A stretch of 45,674 bases of DNA, taken from the sequence record SRR31156797_5180, one strand, 5' to 3'. Made by a program: the position numbers and the translations under genes. Below are positions 18,415 to 27,595 of the stretch, one piece after another. The notes beneath the pieces were generated by a model. That model was not told where the DNA came from. It worked only from the letters and a program-made list of their open reading frames with translations, and did no database searches. Position 1 is the stretch's first letter. Each line of letters opens with the position of its first letter.

Positions 18415-20412
18415 TTAAATCTCTACCATCAACACAAACATAAAATTACGCCCGGGCATGGGGCGATACAACACCGAGTGATAGGTTTCATCAAAAAGGT
18501 TGTAAATCTTGATTTCACCGTTTAGTTGAACACTCCCCAATTTGAAAGACTTCCCGGCCAACAGGTCGTTCATAAAATAGGGGTAAAGCCTGTCGCGCTG
18601 CGATACATCATTGCTCGAAGTGGTATAGCGCTCGCTGTAACTGCTGTGTTGCCAGGTTAGATAAAATCCCTTCCATCGCACATTGGCCATCAGGTTACCA
18701 GAATGCGCTGGGATATATGGCAATTGTTTCCCGTAACTTTCATCTCCCCAAATCAACGGGTCACCATAATTCACCGAACTGGTGTATGCATAATTCCCCG
18801 AAAGTTTATAATCCACCGGCCCGATTTTCCCATCCAGCGAAAGCGAAAATTCCACACCCCGGGAAAGCACACTTTTTACATTGCGTGGTTCCCAGTACCC
18901 CTTAAAAGTGGGTACCCACAAAATCCAGTTATCGATATCGGAGCGGAAAGCGGTAATTTCAACTTTGAGATTTTGGTCTGATATTGCGTATTCATCTTCC
19001 AGCCCCAGCTCAAAACTAAAGCCTTCTTCGGGGCGTAAACCGGGATTGCCGCCGGGCTGCCAATACAGATCATTGAGCGTAGGCTGGTGGTAATTCCTGG
19101 CGATATTGCCTTTCAGGATTACATTCCTGGCTTCCCAAAGCTTCAAATCAAAACCCAGAAAGGGAATGATTGGGGCGGTTTCAAAATCTAACCAATCCTG
19201 GCGCAGCATCAGCTTGATGTTGAGAATGCCTGCAAAATTCTTCTGCACCGAAATAAGCCATGACAATTCACTGCGGTTTTTTTCGTATCCCGTTTGTTTC
19301 ACCGAATCTCGTGTCACTACATCATGATAATCAAAATCTATGGTAGTGGAAATCGAAAAGTCTTGCCGAAAATCATAGTTATAATCCAGTCGGTTCAGTG
19401 AACTTTTTTGTGTGCTTTTGGAATGAACTGCCGGAACAATGCCTAAACCATAAACCCTGTTTTTTAGGGTGTAGTCCAGTTGTTTTTCTGAATATCCTGA
19501 ACGCAATAGCAATCTTGATTTTTCACCATAATGCTTCCAGTCAAACATCAGTTTGTTGTCCCGATCCTCCCGGTTGTTCAGGTTTGCATTGTCGGGGCCT
19601 TCATAGCTTGTGGCCTGCGGAATGGTGCGATCGGCATGCTGCCACCACCATTTTGCCGATAAAATATTTTTGTTGTCAGGCCTGAAATAGAACTCCTGCA
19701 GCAGGCCATAACGCGTATAATCAGCATTATGGTTTGTGTCCAATGGGTTTGTGATCTTCCCGTTGTCGGGATCGATATTTGCAATGCCACGATTTATGAA
19801 AGTAAAATCATTTTTGGAGTAATTGTGATAAACCCGCGTTTTGGACTGGAGCTTCCGGTTTCCTATTTGTACCTGCAAAAATTCGTCAAATGTGCTGTAG
19901 CTGCCAACTCCCTGCACGTACTTTATATTCTGATTTTTATCCCAGTTTATGGTATTGTTGATATTGACTGAACCGCCCAGCCCACCACTTTGGTCAGCGA
20001 TGGAGGCCGTTCCGAATTTCAGGCTCATTTCATCGATGATATAAACCGGGATCAGCGAAAAATCTACTATCCCCGACATGGGAGTGTTGATGCTCATGCC
20101 GTTCCAGTTAACCTGAGTATGCGAAGGAGCCGTGCCGCGAAATGAAGCCGTTGCCAGTGCTCCCCGGCCATAATCTTTGATAAACACAGGTGTGTTCTCC
20201 GCCAATACAGTCGAAAGCGACAAATTGATTTTTTGCATCAGCACCAGCGAGTCCACTTTAGTTTCCTTCATGCCGGCTTCATCTTTTTTAAAAATTTCCG
20301 AGGATGAAATTTCCACCTGGTTCAGGCTGATCACCGTGTCGATCATCATCTGTGCCGGCAATGCCTGCGCAAGTACAATCAGTAAAAAGCCGATGGTCAG
20401 CCGGATATGCAT
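18415..20412 (-). CDS. btuB: TonB-dependent receptor, cobalamin importer
   Basis: Plug motif ASFRGTAPSHTQVNWNG; PTLNDLYW..GGNPGLRPE; NLFDETY...PMPGRNF; lies in a riboswitch-controlled operon. Confidence 0.88.
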   Translation of the reverse strand: MHIRLTIGFLLIVLAQALPAQMMIDTVISLNQVEISSSEIFKKDEAGMKETKVDSLVLMQKINLSLSTVLAENTPVFIKDYGRGALATASFRGTAPSHTQVNWNGMSINTPMSGIVDFSLIPVYIIDEMSLKFGTASIADQSGGLGGSVNINNTINWDKNQNIKYVQGVGSYSTFDEFLQVQIGNRKLQSKTRVYHNYSKNDFTFINRGIANIDPDNGKITNPLDTNHNADYTRYGLLQEFYFRPDNKNILSAKWWWQHADRTIPQATSYEGPDNANLNNREDRDNKLMFDWKHYGEKSRLLLRSGYSEKQLDYTLKNRVYGLGIVPAVHSKSTQKSSLNRLDYNYDFRQDFSISTTIDFDYHDVVTRDSVKQTGYEKNRSELSWLISVQKNFAGILNIKLMLRQDWLDFETAPIIPFLGFDLKLWEARNVILKGNIARNYHQPTLNDLYWQPGGNPGLRPEEGFSFELGLEDEYAISDQNLKVEITAFRSDIDNWILWVPTFKGYWEPRNVKSVLSRGVEFSLSLDGKIGPVDYKLSGNYAYTSSVNYGDPLIWGDESYGKQLPYIPAHSGNLMANVRWKGFYLTWQHSSYSERYTTSSNDVSQRDRLYPYFMNDLLAGKSFKLGSVQLNGEIKIYNLFDETYHSVLYRPMPGRNFMFVLMVEI

Positions 20413-20413
20413 T

Positions 20414-21826
20414 TTATTTTACAAGGAGTTTGCGTGAGCCGGATGTATTTTCATTGCCAAATTGCAACAGATAAAATCCAACAGGAAAGTTGTTAATGAT
20501 GATGGTTTCACCATTGTATCTCATGACAGATTTTACAAGGTTCCCAGTGGCGTTGTAAATAAAAACGTTGGCATTTTCAAGTCCTTCAATCCGGATATGA
20601 TCCTTTGCGGGATTTGGTGTTATGACAATGTTTTTCTGCTTAATCTGAGCGGGGTTGACTGAGGAACTCAATTCGATAATTGCTGTAATCGTCGTGGAAA
20701 TCTCGGGATAGTTTTCCAGGCTTGCGGTTATTTCCACATCACCATTTTGAGAAGTTGTCAAAACCCGGTTTTCATCCACTGCCGCCCATGGCTGGTCGGT
20801 TGTCCAGGTGATGGGTTCATCAGGATGAAGTTGCCCTAAAAAGAAAGCAAAAGCTTCAAGCTGATAAGCCTCTTGCCGGATAACCTGTGGCACGTCTTTT
20901 ATCACAATCAATTTATCAGGACCGGTAATTCCCTGATCTGGCTCTGCAAGACAGGCACCTGTAATCTCGGTAGAAATTTCTCCCAGCCAACCGCCATGGC
21001 CCATCATCGCCGATTGTACTTTTACAAAATGGGCCTCATCCAAGTCAACATAATTTCCTGCATCGTCAACAGCCCAGCTCAAGTCAAGGGCATCACCTCC
21101 GGCATTTTCTGTTTCAGGGGTGTAAGGATTGTCGGGCACAGTGTAGGGCGTTACACCCCGGGAATTATTATCGGCATAGCCAAAGGCCCGGGTATATGAT
21201 TTTACAAATCCGGGATTGGTAGAATCGATCGAACCCAGCAAATGTGTTCCACCTAACTGATATTGATTTGATGGAATTTCTGGAAAGGAATCTGGCAGCG
21301 GGTAATAAGCATGGTTGTGGAAGCCATTGGCAAAAATGTATCCTGACTGCTCCTGGTTATCTGTCCATGGCACATCGGCGGCCTCCGTTCCACCAGGGTT
21401 TGAATAGGTAACTATGTAATCCGGGATTGTTGTTGAAAACCACCGATCACTTCCGGCCAGTTCGTGCCAGGTATCGTCAGGTAGTCCGTTTTCATTTTCA
21501 TCCTTCATTACCCAAACCACACCGGGCTCTGCCCAGGTTGGATTGGGATTCCCGAAAAGGGTAAAATCAACGCCATAGGGATTGTCAGGATGGTTCTGTA
21601 TGGGTTGATCAAACGAAAAAACCACATATCCGCCAAAGGCACCCAGGCAAAGTGACCCGTTTACATCACCAATAATCGAATTTTGTGAGGATGGGTTTCC
21701 CCAGGGGTCCTCATTGATCAACTGCCCCGGCGCCGGCACATATTCGTGTACTTCAGCAATGTACTGTGCATTCAGCAATTGCGTCAGTGATACGAGGAAG
21801 GCTAATATCGAGATGTGGATTTTCAT
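20414..21826 (-). CDS. BtuH-like putative B12-binding protein with Ig-like domain and T9SS CTD
   Basis: Signal peptide from the ATG at 21826; EYVPAPGQLIN, LGAFGGYVVFSFD, EPGVVWVMKDENENGLPDDTWHELAGS, GWLGEISTE recall the cell-surface domain of Bacteroides btu loci; CTD ITPNPAKD...GFYLL...KLLVK. Confidence 0.7.
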   Translation of the reverse strand: MKIHISILAFLVSLTQLLNAQYIAEVHEYVPAPGQLINEDPWGNPSSQNSIIGDVNGSLCLGAFGGYVVFSFDQPIQNHPDNPYGVDFTLFGNPNPTWAEPGVVWVMKDENENGLPDDTWHELAGSDRWFSTTIPDYIVTYSNPGGTEAADVPWTDNQEQSGYIFANGFHNHAYYPLPDSFPEIPSNQYQLGGTHLLGSIDSTNPGFVKSYTRAFGYADNNSRGVTPYTVPDNPYTPETENAGGDALDLSWAVDDAGNYVDLDEAHFVKVQSAMMGHGGWLGEISTEITGACLAEPDQGITGPDKLIVIKDVPQVIRQEAYQLEAFAFFLGQLHPDEPITWTTDQPWAAVDENRVLTTSQNGDVEITASLENYPEISTTITAIIELSSSVNPAQIKQKNIVITPNPAKDHIRIEGLENANVFIYNATGNLVKSVMRYNGETIIINNFPVGFYLLQFGNENTSGSRKLLVK

Positions 21827-21913
21827 TGATAGATTTTTTGATATATGATTTTCGATGTTTGATCTGAGATTTCCCGGATTAAATCCCACAGATTCGGGAG
21901 GGTTCTCATATCG

Positions 21914-23110
21914 CTATTTCTTGACAAGTCTTCCCTGAAATTCACCTGCACGGATAAGATAAAATCCGTTTTGTAAATCCCGGATGTCGAAATTTGGATT
22001 ATCAAAATTTTCAAATGATTTAACCAGCCTTCCATTCAAATCATAAATTCCAACATCATTGAATGATGGAGTTGTGTTCGAAAATCTGACAAAATCACTT
22101 GCCGGGTTTGGATAAACCTGAAGCTGCAAAAGTTTTTGCGGGTTAAAAATACCTTGTGGGTCAACCGCATAAATCTCAGCCACCGGGCGGCCATAGGAGG
22201 ACGTGAAAATATGGTTGCCACCCGCCCAGCTGTTGATGGTGCCCAATGCTTTGATGTTGCGTAACCAATCGCTGTCGTCCGGCGCAGTGGCAACCACAGT
22301 ATAGTCATCACCGCCTGAAAATGCATTCCAAAATGCCATCACTTTATCGCCTGCAAAATCGTTGAAATTGAAAATTACATGTCCCTCCTCATCTACTTCA
22401 CAATCGTTGCCACCAGCCGGCATGTTGCATAACAAGGTAGCATCGGTAAGGGTTAAAAATGAAGCTCCGGTATTGTCGATCACGTTCATTACATCCGTAT
22501 TTTCCCATCGATAAAGGGCGTTTTGTGCGTCATAAAAACTGGTAATGGCGTACAGGTTTCCATTACTATCTGTGGCAATCCCGGCAGCATATCCGCCAAC
22601 CTCAATAATTTTACGATGTTCGTTGTTTCCTGTAACGTCCAGAAGGAAAATGGAGTTTGGATCACCAAAGTTTGTACTGTTCAATCCGGAAACCAAATGA
22701 TGTTCACCGAGGATTTCGTGATCAAAGTTTGCCTGAAATGTGGCCACCTGAGTCCATGTTCCGGTTTCTGCATCAATCTTATAAATCCGGTCGTCAACAT
22801 TTCCGGTGGTGGTGTAGCCGGCAAATATCGATTCACCATCCGTTGATACACTTAAAAAAGATACAAACCCTTCGTATCCCGTATCGTTGATGTAGGATTC
22901 GATCTCTTCCTGTGTTTCGGCATTATACACGTGGATGGTTTGTCCGTTGTTTCCGTAAAACATGCCGTCGTAAACATCAAAGGCCTGCATAATCTGGCCA
23001 TCGAAAAGGTCATTAGCGTAGTAGCCGGGAACAGGCTGAAGGAAGCTGCTTTGAGCGCTTATCCCGAGCGCAAGCAATAATGCCAGAATTAAAAAGTAAA
23101 CTTTTTTCAT
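21914..23110 (-). CDS. Riboswitch-proximal secreted protein (probable beta-propeller) with T9SS CTD
   Basis: Signal peptide MKKVYF...ISA-Q; GIATDSNGNLY blade-like motif; CTD VYPNPASD...IYDLNGRLV...GFYLIR...RLVKK. Confidence 0.8.
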   Translation of the reverse strand: MKKVYFLILALLLALGISAQSSFLQPVPGYYANDLFDGQIMQAFDVYDGMFYGNNGQTIHVYNAETQEEIESYINDTGYEGFVSFLSVSTDGESIFAGYTTTGNVDDRIYKIDAETGTWTQVATFQANFDHEILGEHHLVSGLNSTNFGDPNSIFLLDVTGNNEHRKIIEVGGYAAGIATDSNGNLYAITSFYDAQNALYRWENTDVMNVIDNTGASFLTLTDATLLCNMPAGGNDCEVDEEGHVIFNFNDFAGDKVMAFWNAFSGGDDYTVVATAPDDSDWLRNIKALGTINSWAGGNHIFTSSYGRPVAEIYAVDPQGIFNPQKLLQLQVYPNPASDFVRFSNTTPSFNDVGIYDLNGRLVKSFENFDNPNFDIRDLQNGFYLIRAGEFQGRLVKK

Positions 23111-23235
23111 GCTGCAAAAGATTTTTGCGTGTTAATAAATCAGTTTGTGATTTTGCAGCTGAAAATTGCAGGAGAGACATATTCTGTGAAATGTCAGCAT
23201 CCTGTTCACCGCAGACTGCAAAACCGTTTTTCAGT

Positions 23236-23416
23236 GGCAGGTTTTCTGACTTACTCCCCTTTTCAACGCCTTCCCATTTGCCCACCGGCAAAAAGTGGCC
23301 CTTTGTTAAAAAGCATTGGAGCTTACAGCAGCGGGAACTGTTGCCGAATTGCACGACATTCCCTTTTAATCCTCATCTACCGGGTGTGTGGTTGGTAAAT
23401 TTACGGACACCAATGA
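23236..23416 (-). ncRNA. Cobalamin riboswitch
   Basis: Minus strand reads GGT...TAAAAGGGAA-tgtc-GTGCAATTC...CAGTTCCCGCTGCTGTAA...GCCACT...GGGAAGG...AAGTCAGAAAACCTGCC (B12 box), upstream of a btuB operon. Confidence 0.95.
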
Positions 23417-23421
23417 TCTGG

Positions 23422-23429
23422 CAAAGATA
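23422..23429 (-). promoter_or_regulatory. Bacteroidota -7 box of the B12 operon
   Basis: TATCTTTG immediately 5' of the riboswitch. Confidence 0.7.
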
Positions 23430-23819
23430 GTATAACATTTGTGTAACAAACGGGAAAGATACCAACAGCCAGTTCAATTAGTCCAAGTTTGATAATCAGT
23501 TTTTGGAGGTGTTATACCGGATTGTACTATTTCCGCAGGCGAAATCATAGTAAATGGTTGCTCGTTAACGATTGTCCGTTGGTATTTAAATTAAATATAA
23601 ATTTGGTCATTATTAGAGGCTAACAATTTGATTAATAGAAATATTTAAATGTGGTTTAAACAATTAAAATTATGGTCTCAGTTTTTACCTTGGTTGCTTA
23701 TGCAACCTTTTACAGTTCAAGTAACCTTGATAGTGAATATCAGATAATATTTCAAAAGTAGCGAACTACTTTTTCTATACAAATGAAGTAGAAAAGCATA
23801 ACTAATTAACTCAATTGCT

Positions 23820-26800
23820 ATGAAAAACAGATACGTTCTTTTCCTGATTATGGTATCTTTTATGCCCCTTTTGCTAAATGCTGAGTGGCTGCCGGTAAAT
23901 CAAAACAGTAAAACTGCATCAGCTCCCAATGTAACCCTGATCAGTGATAACGCCTCCTCAACGGTTATAAAGGTTGAAGTGCCCGGGCTTGTGATGAAGG
24001 AATTAGTCACAGATGGTAAAACTTTTCAGAAATTTGACCTGTTAACTGATATTTGGACCATAGAACCTGGTTCTCCTGAAGTACCTCATATAGCAGAAAT
24101 TCTGGCCATTCCTGATAATTCGGGATTTACGGTAGAGGTAATTGAGATAGGTGATACGCATACTTTCAGCAATATTGATATACCTCCGGCACGCCCAACC
24201 TGGTGGGAAGGTGATGCCGAACCTGCTTATACAGAAGATACCAAAGCATACAGCAAGGATGCTTTTTATCCTGAGGCGATGGCACGAATGGATGATCCAA
24301 CCATTTTCAGGGATTTCCGTATTTCAAGGCTTTCGGTTTATCCTGTTCAGTATAACCCTGTTCGCCGGGAACTGAAAATAGCGACATCAGTTACAATAAG
24401 GGTAAATTATGGAAAAGGTGAAGTTATCAACCCGAAAACATCACCAAAGCGACCGATTGCGCCTTCATTTGCGGAACTCTACCGCAGCTCCATATTTAAC
24501 TACGATGAAGTGCTAAACCGCGTCTATGGCGGCAGGGAAGATGGTGAAGAACTGATGCTTTGTATCATGCCGGATGAGTTTGAGGAGAGTTTCGAACCCT
24601 ACGCTGAGTGGAATCGCAGAACCGGGACAAACATTCATGTGACTACTTTCAGCGATATTGGTGCCAATGCATACAATCCTGATATTATTAAAGAGCACTG
24701 TACAGATGCATATTATAACTGGGCAACCTGCCCGACCTATGTTTTGGTGATTGGCGATGATGGCGTTTTTCCCGCTAAAACCATTACATATCCTGATTAC
24801 TCTTTTGCCTACGACAACTATTTTGTAAATATTGCTGGAAATGATGAGGTGCCTGAGATGATGATTGGCCGTTTTACCAACCAGGGTGATTACCGGATGC
24901 GGGTTATGATCAATAAATATCAGCTTTACGAAGAGCATCCCTATGTTGAGGAAACAGATTGGTTTACCAGCGGAATTTGTTGTTCAAACAATGATTATGA
25001 ATCTCAGGTTGAAACCAAGCGTTTTGCATATGACTGCATGACAGAAGATGGTGGATTCACCCATGTTGATACCCTGATGAGCGATGGCTGGGGCTGGAAC
25101 TGTTCCATGGATGTTGATGATGTGGTTAATGCAATCGAAGATGGTAGAAGCTACCTGAACTATCGGGGCGAGGGCTGGTATTACGGTTGGTACGCCAACT
25201 GTTATGATTTTTATGAAGAACACGTTTCTGATTTGCAAAATGGCCAGAAATTCACTTTCGTGACAAGTATCGGCTGTGGTGTTGCCATGTGGGAAGCAAG
25301 TGGTGGAAACTGTTTTGGAGAACAATGGATACAGGTTGGAAGTATTTCGGAGCCCCGCGGAGGTATTGGTTTCATTGGACCTACTTCAAACACACACACA
25401 ACGTATAATAACAGGATTGATAAAGGTATTTACGTAGGTATGTTCCGAGAAGGGATGGATACTCCCGGACAAGCGATGACACGTGGTAAATTGTACATGT
25501 ATAATGTATTTGGAAATGAGTTCTGGGTATGGTATCATTACAATGTTTTCCATGTATTGGGCGATCCAAGCCTTCACATCTGGAAAGAAGTGCCACGTGA
25601 GGTCACCGTTGAGCATGTAGATATAATTCCGGTGGGATTTAATGATCTGGAGTTTCAGGTGAATTTTGCAGATAATGGCAACCCGGCCGATAGTGTAGAG
25701 GTTTGCCTGTATGGCGCTGATGTATTTGCAACTGCAATTTGTGATTCACTTGGAAAAGCAACAGTAACCATTGCTACTGCAGTTGAGGATACAATCAGTG
25801 TTGTTGTTAGAGGTGGTGATGTTTACCCATACCAGTCATACATGGTTGTTATTCAGCCCGACGAACTGGTTGAACCGGAGGGAGAACCTGAAATGATTGA
25901 CCTGGATGGAAATCAGGATGGCCTCATAAACCCCAATGAACATGCAGAAATTGCCTTCACACTCAAAAATTGGGGTAACCTGCCTGTAAATAATGTTCAG
26001 GCAACTTTGTCTTCATCAAATCCTGATGTTGAAGTGATTACAACTACACCAATAAGTTTTGGAAGTATTTTGCCTGGTGAAATGGCAACCGGAGACCCAT
26101 TCGAATTTTATGTGGCGGAATCCTGCCCTGTTGGTGATATGATCACATTGAACCTGCATGTAACAACCACAATCAGTAATTGGGACTATGACTATGATGT
26201 TGAGGTGATGGGTTGTGATTTGAGTTATGAAATGTATATGGTTGGCGATGAGATTTCAACCAATCCAAATTACAGGATGGATCCGGGTGAAAATGTGCGG
26301 TTATTTATGTCCATTATGAACCCCGGTCAGGATGTTGCCCCAAATGTTGGCGGAACGCTTTCAAGTTCAGACCCATATATTACCATAGTTGATGAGTCTG
26401 CAACTTTTGGCACTCTGGAAATAGAGGGTATGGCCATTAATGAAAATGATTATTTTGAAGTGAATGTTTCACCGGCTTGCCCCACGGGATACATGGCCGA
26501 CTTCGAACTGGAACTTTTTACACAGGATGGTAATTATCCTTTCGAAAAGATAATCGCTATTCAATTGCCTGTTGCACTTCCTGTGCCAACTGACTATACC
26601 GGCCCGGATGAATATGGCTATTATGCTTACGCCAGCACTGATGCCTTCTTTGATCAAACCCCTGATTTCGACTGGATGGAAATTCATGAACTCGGGGATG
26701 CCCTAAATATGTATGGCGAAACCGACTATACCGAAACTGTTGATCTGCCATTTACTTTTAAATACTATGGCATGGATTACGATAAGCTGCGTATCAGTAC

Positions 26801-27581
26801 GGATGGCTGGATGGCTCTTGGCAATGGTGTTCAAACCGCACCTGAAAATTATGCCATTCCACACAATGACAATGTGAATAATATGGTAGCCGTGTTCTGG
26901 GATGACCTTTACGATATTCAGTTTGAGGATGGTCAGATTTTCTATTATCATGATGCGGTCAATAACCGGTTTATTGTAGAATGGGACAGCATTACTCATA
27001 ACAATGCAGGCCCGGAACCCATCCGTGAAGAATTCCAGGCCATTCTGCTTGATCCGGCACATTATCCGACAAATACCGGCGATGGTGAAATTGTCGTTCA
27101 ATATCGCGATGTTAAAGATGCTTCTTCAAATACCATCGGCATCGAAAATAGCACTCAGGATATCGGCCTACAATATGTGTTTGACGAAGAATATGACCAA
27201 ACTGCCGGCAATATCGGCGGAGGAGTTGCCATAAAATTTACTACCGAAGCACCATTTGTTTCCATCATTGTTTCGGTAGAACAAGGTGCTGGCCTTGTGA
27301 ATACATCAGACGGACTGCTACAGAATAATCCAAACCCGTTTAGCAGCCAGACAACAATTAAGTATTTCGTTTCTAAAACTTGTGATGTAACCCTGAATAT
27401 TTTCGATATAACCGGAAAGCTGGTAAAAACAATCGAGCAGGGTAACGTTACCTCCGGTAGCCACCAGGCCAACTGGAATGGAACCGATAACCAGGGCAAT
27501 ATGCTTGGCTCAGGAATTTATATTGTCAGGCTACAGACTTCCGAATTTACCGATTCCATGAAGATGTTCATGCTGAAGTAG
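23820..27581 (+). CDS. Large C25 (gingipain-like) family protein with propeptide, repeated Ig-like domains and FlgD-Ig/T9SS-type CTD
   Basis: Propeptide PGSPEVP, YPVQYNP; PTYVLVIGD, YDNYF, MMIGRF, YLNYRGEG, FVTSIGC, LGDPSL; two (N/D)P(N/G)E...TLSSSxP domains; QNNPNPF...WNGTDNQG..LGSGIYIVRL. Confidence 0.88.
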   Translation: MKNRYVLFLIMVSFMPLLLNAEWLPVNQNSKTASAPNVTLISDNASSTVIKVEVPGLVMKELVTDGKTFQKFDLLTDIWTIEPGSPEVPHIAEILAIPDNSGFTVEVIEIGDTHTFSNIDIPPARPTWWEGDAEPAYTEDTKAYSKDAFYPEAMARMDDPTIFRDFRISRLSVYPVQYNPVRRELKIATSVTIRVNYGKGEVINPKTSPKRPIAPSFAELYRSSIFNYDEVLNRVYGGREDGEELMLCIMPDEFEESFEPYAEWNRRTGTNIHVTTFSDIGANAYNPDIIKEHCTDAYYNWATCPTYVLVIGDDGVFPAKTITYPDYSFAYDNYFVNIAGNDEVPEMMIGRFTNQGDYRMRVMINKYQLYEEHPYVEETDWFTSGICCSNNDYESQVETKRFAYDCMTEDGGFTHVDTLMSDGWGWNCSMDVDDVVNAIEDGRSYLNYRGEGWYYGWYANCYDFYEEHVSDLQNGQKFTFVTSIGCGVAMWEASGGNCFGEQWIQVGSISEPRGGIGFIGPTSNTHTTYNNRIDKGIYVGMFREGMDTPGQAMTRGKLYMYNVFGNEFWVWYHYNVFHVLGDPSLHIWKEVPREVTVEHVDIIPVGFNDLEFQVNFADNGNPADSVEVCLYGADVFATAICDSLGKATVTIATAVEDTISVVVRGGDVYPYQSYMVVIQPDELVEPEGEPEMIDLDGNQDGLINPNEHAEIAFTLKNWGNLPVNNVQATLSSSNPDVEVITTTPISFGSILPGEMATGDPFEFYVAESCPVGDMITLNLHVTTTISNWDYDYDVEVMGCDLSYEMYMVGDEISTNPNYRMDPGENVRLFMSIMNPGQDVAPNVGGTLSSSDPYITIVDESATFGTLEIEGMAINENDYFEVNVSPACPTGYMADFELELFTQDGNYPFEKIIAIQLPVALPVPTDYTGPDEYGYYAYASTDAFFDQTPDFDWMEIHELGDALNMYGETDYTETVDLPFTFKYYGMDYDKLRISTDGWMALGNGVQTAPENYAIPHNDNVNNMVAVFWDDLYDIQFEDGQIFYYHDAVNNRFIVEWDSITHNNAGPEPIREEFQAILLDPAHYPTNTGDGEIVVQYRDVKDASSNTIGIENSTQDIGLQYVFDEEYDQTAGNIGGGVAIKFTTEAPFVSIIVSVEQGAGLVNTSDGLLQNNPNPFSSQTTIKYFVSKTCDVTLNIFDITGKLVKTIEQGNVTSGSHQANWNGTDNQGNMLGSGIYIVRLQTSEFTDSMKMFMLK

Positions 27582-27595
27582 GGATTGGTTAATAT

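Noticed and set aside
23013-23430. Short ORFs at 23013-23354, 23080-23430 and 23129-23398
   Set aside because: They overlap the cobalamin riboswitch and its leader and have no protein-like features.
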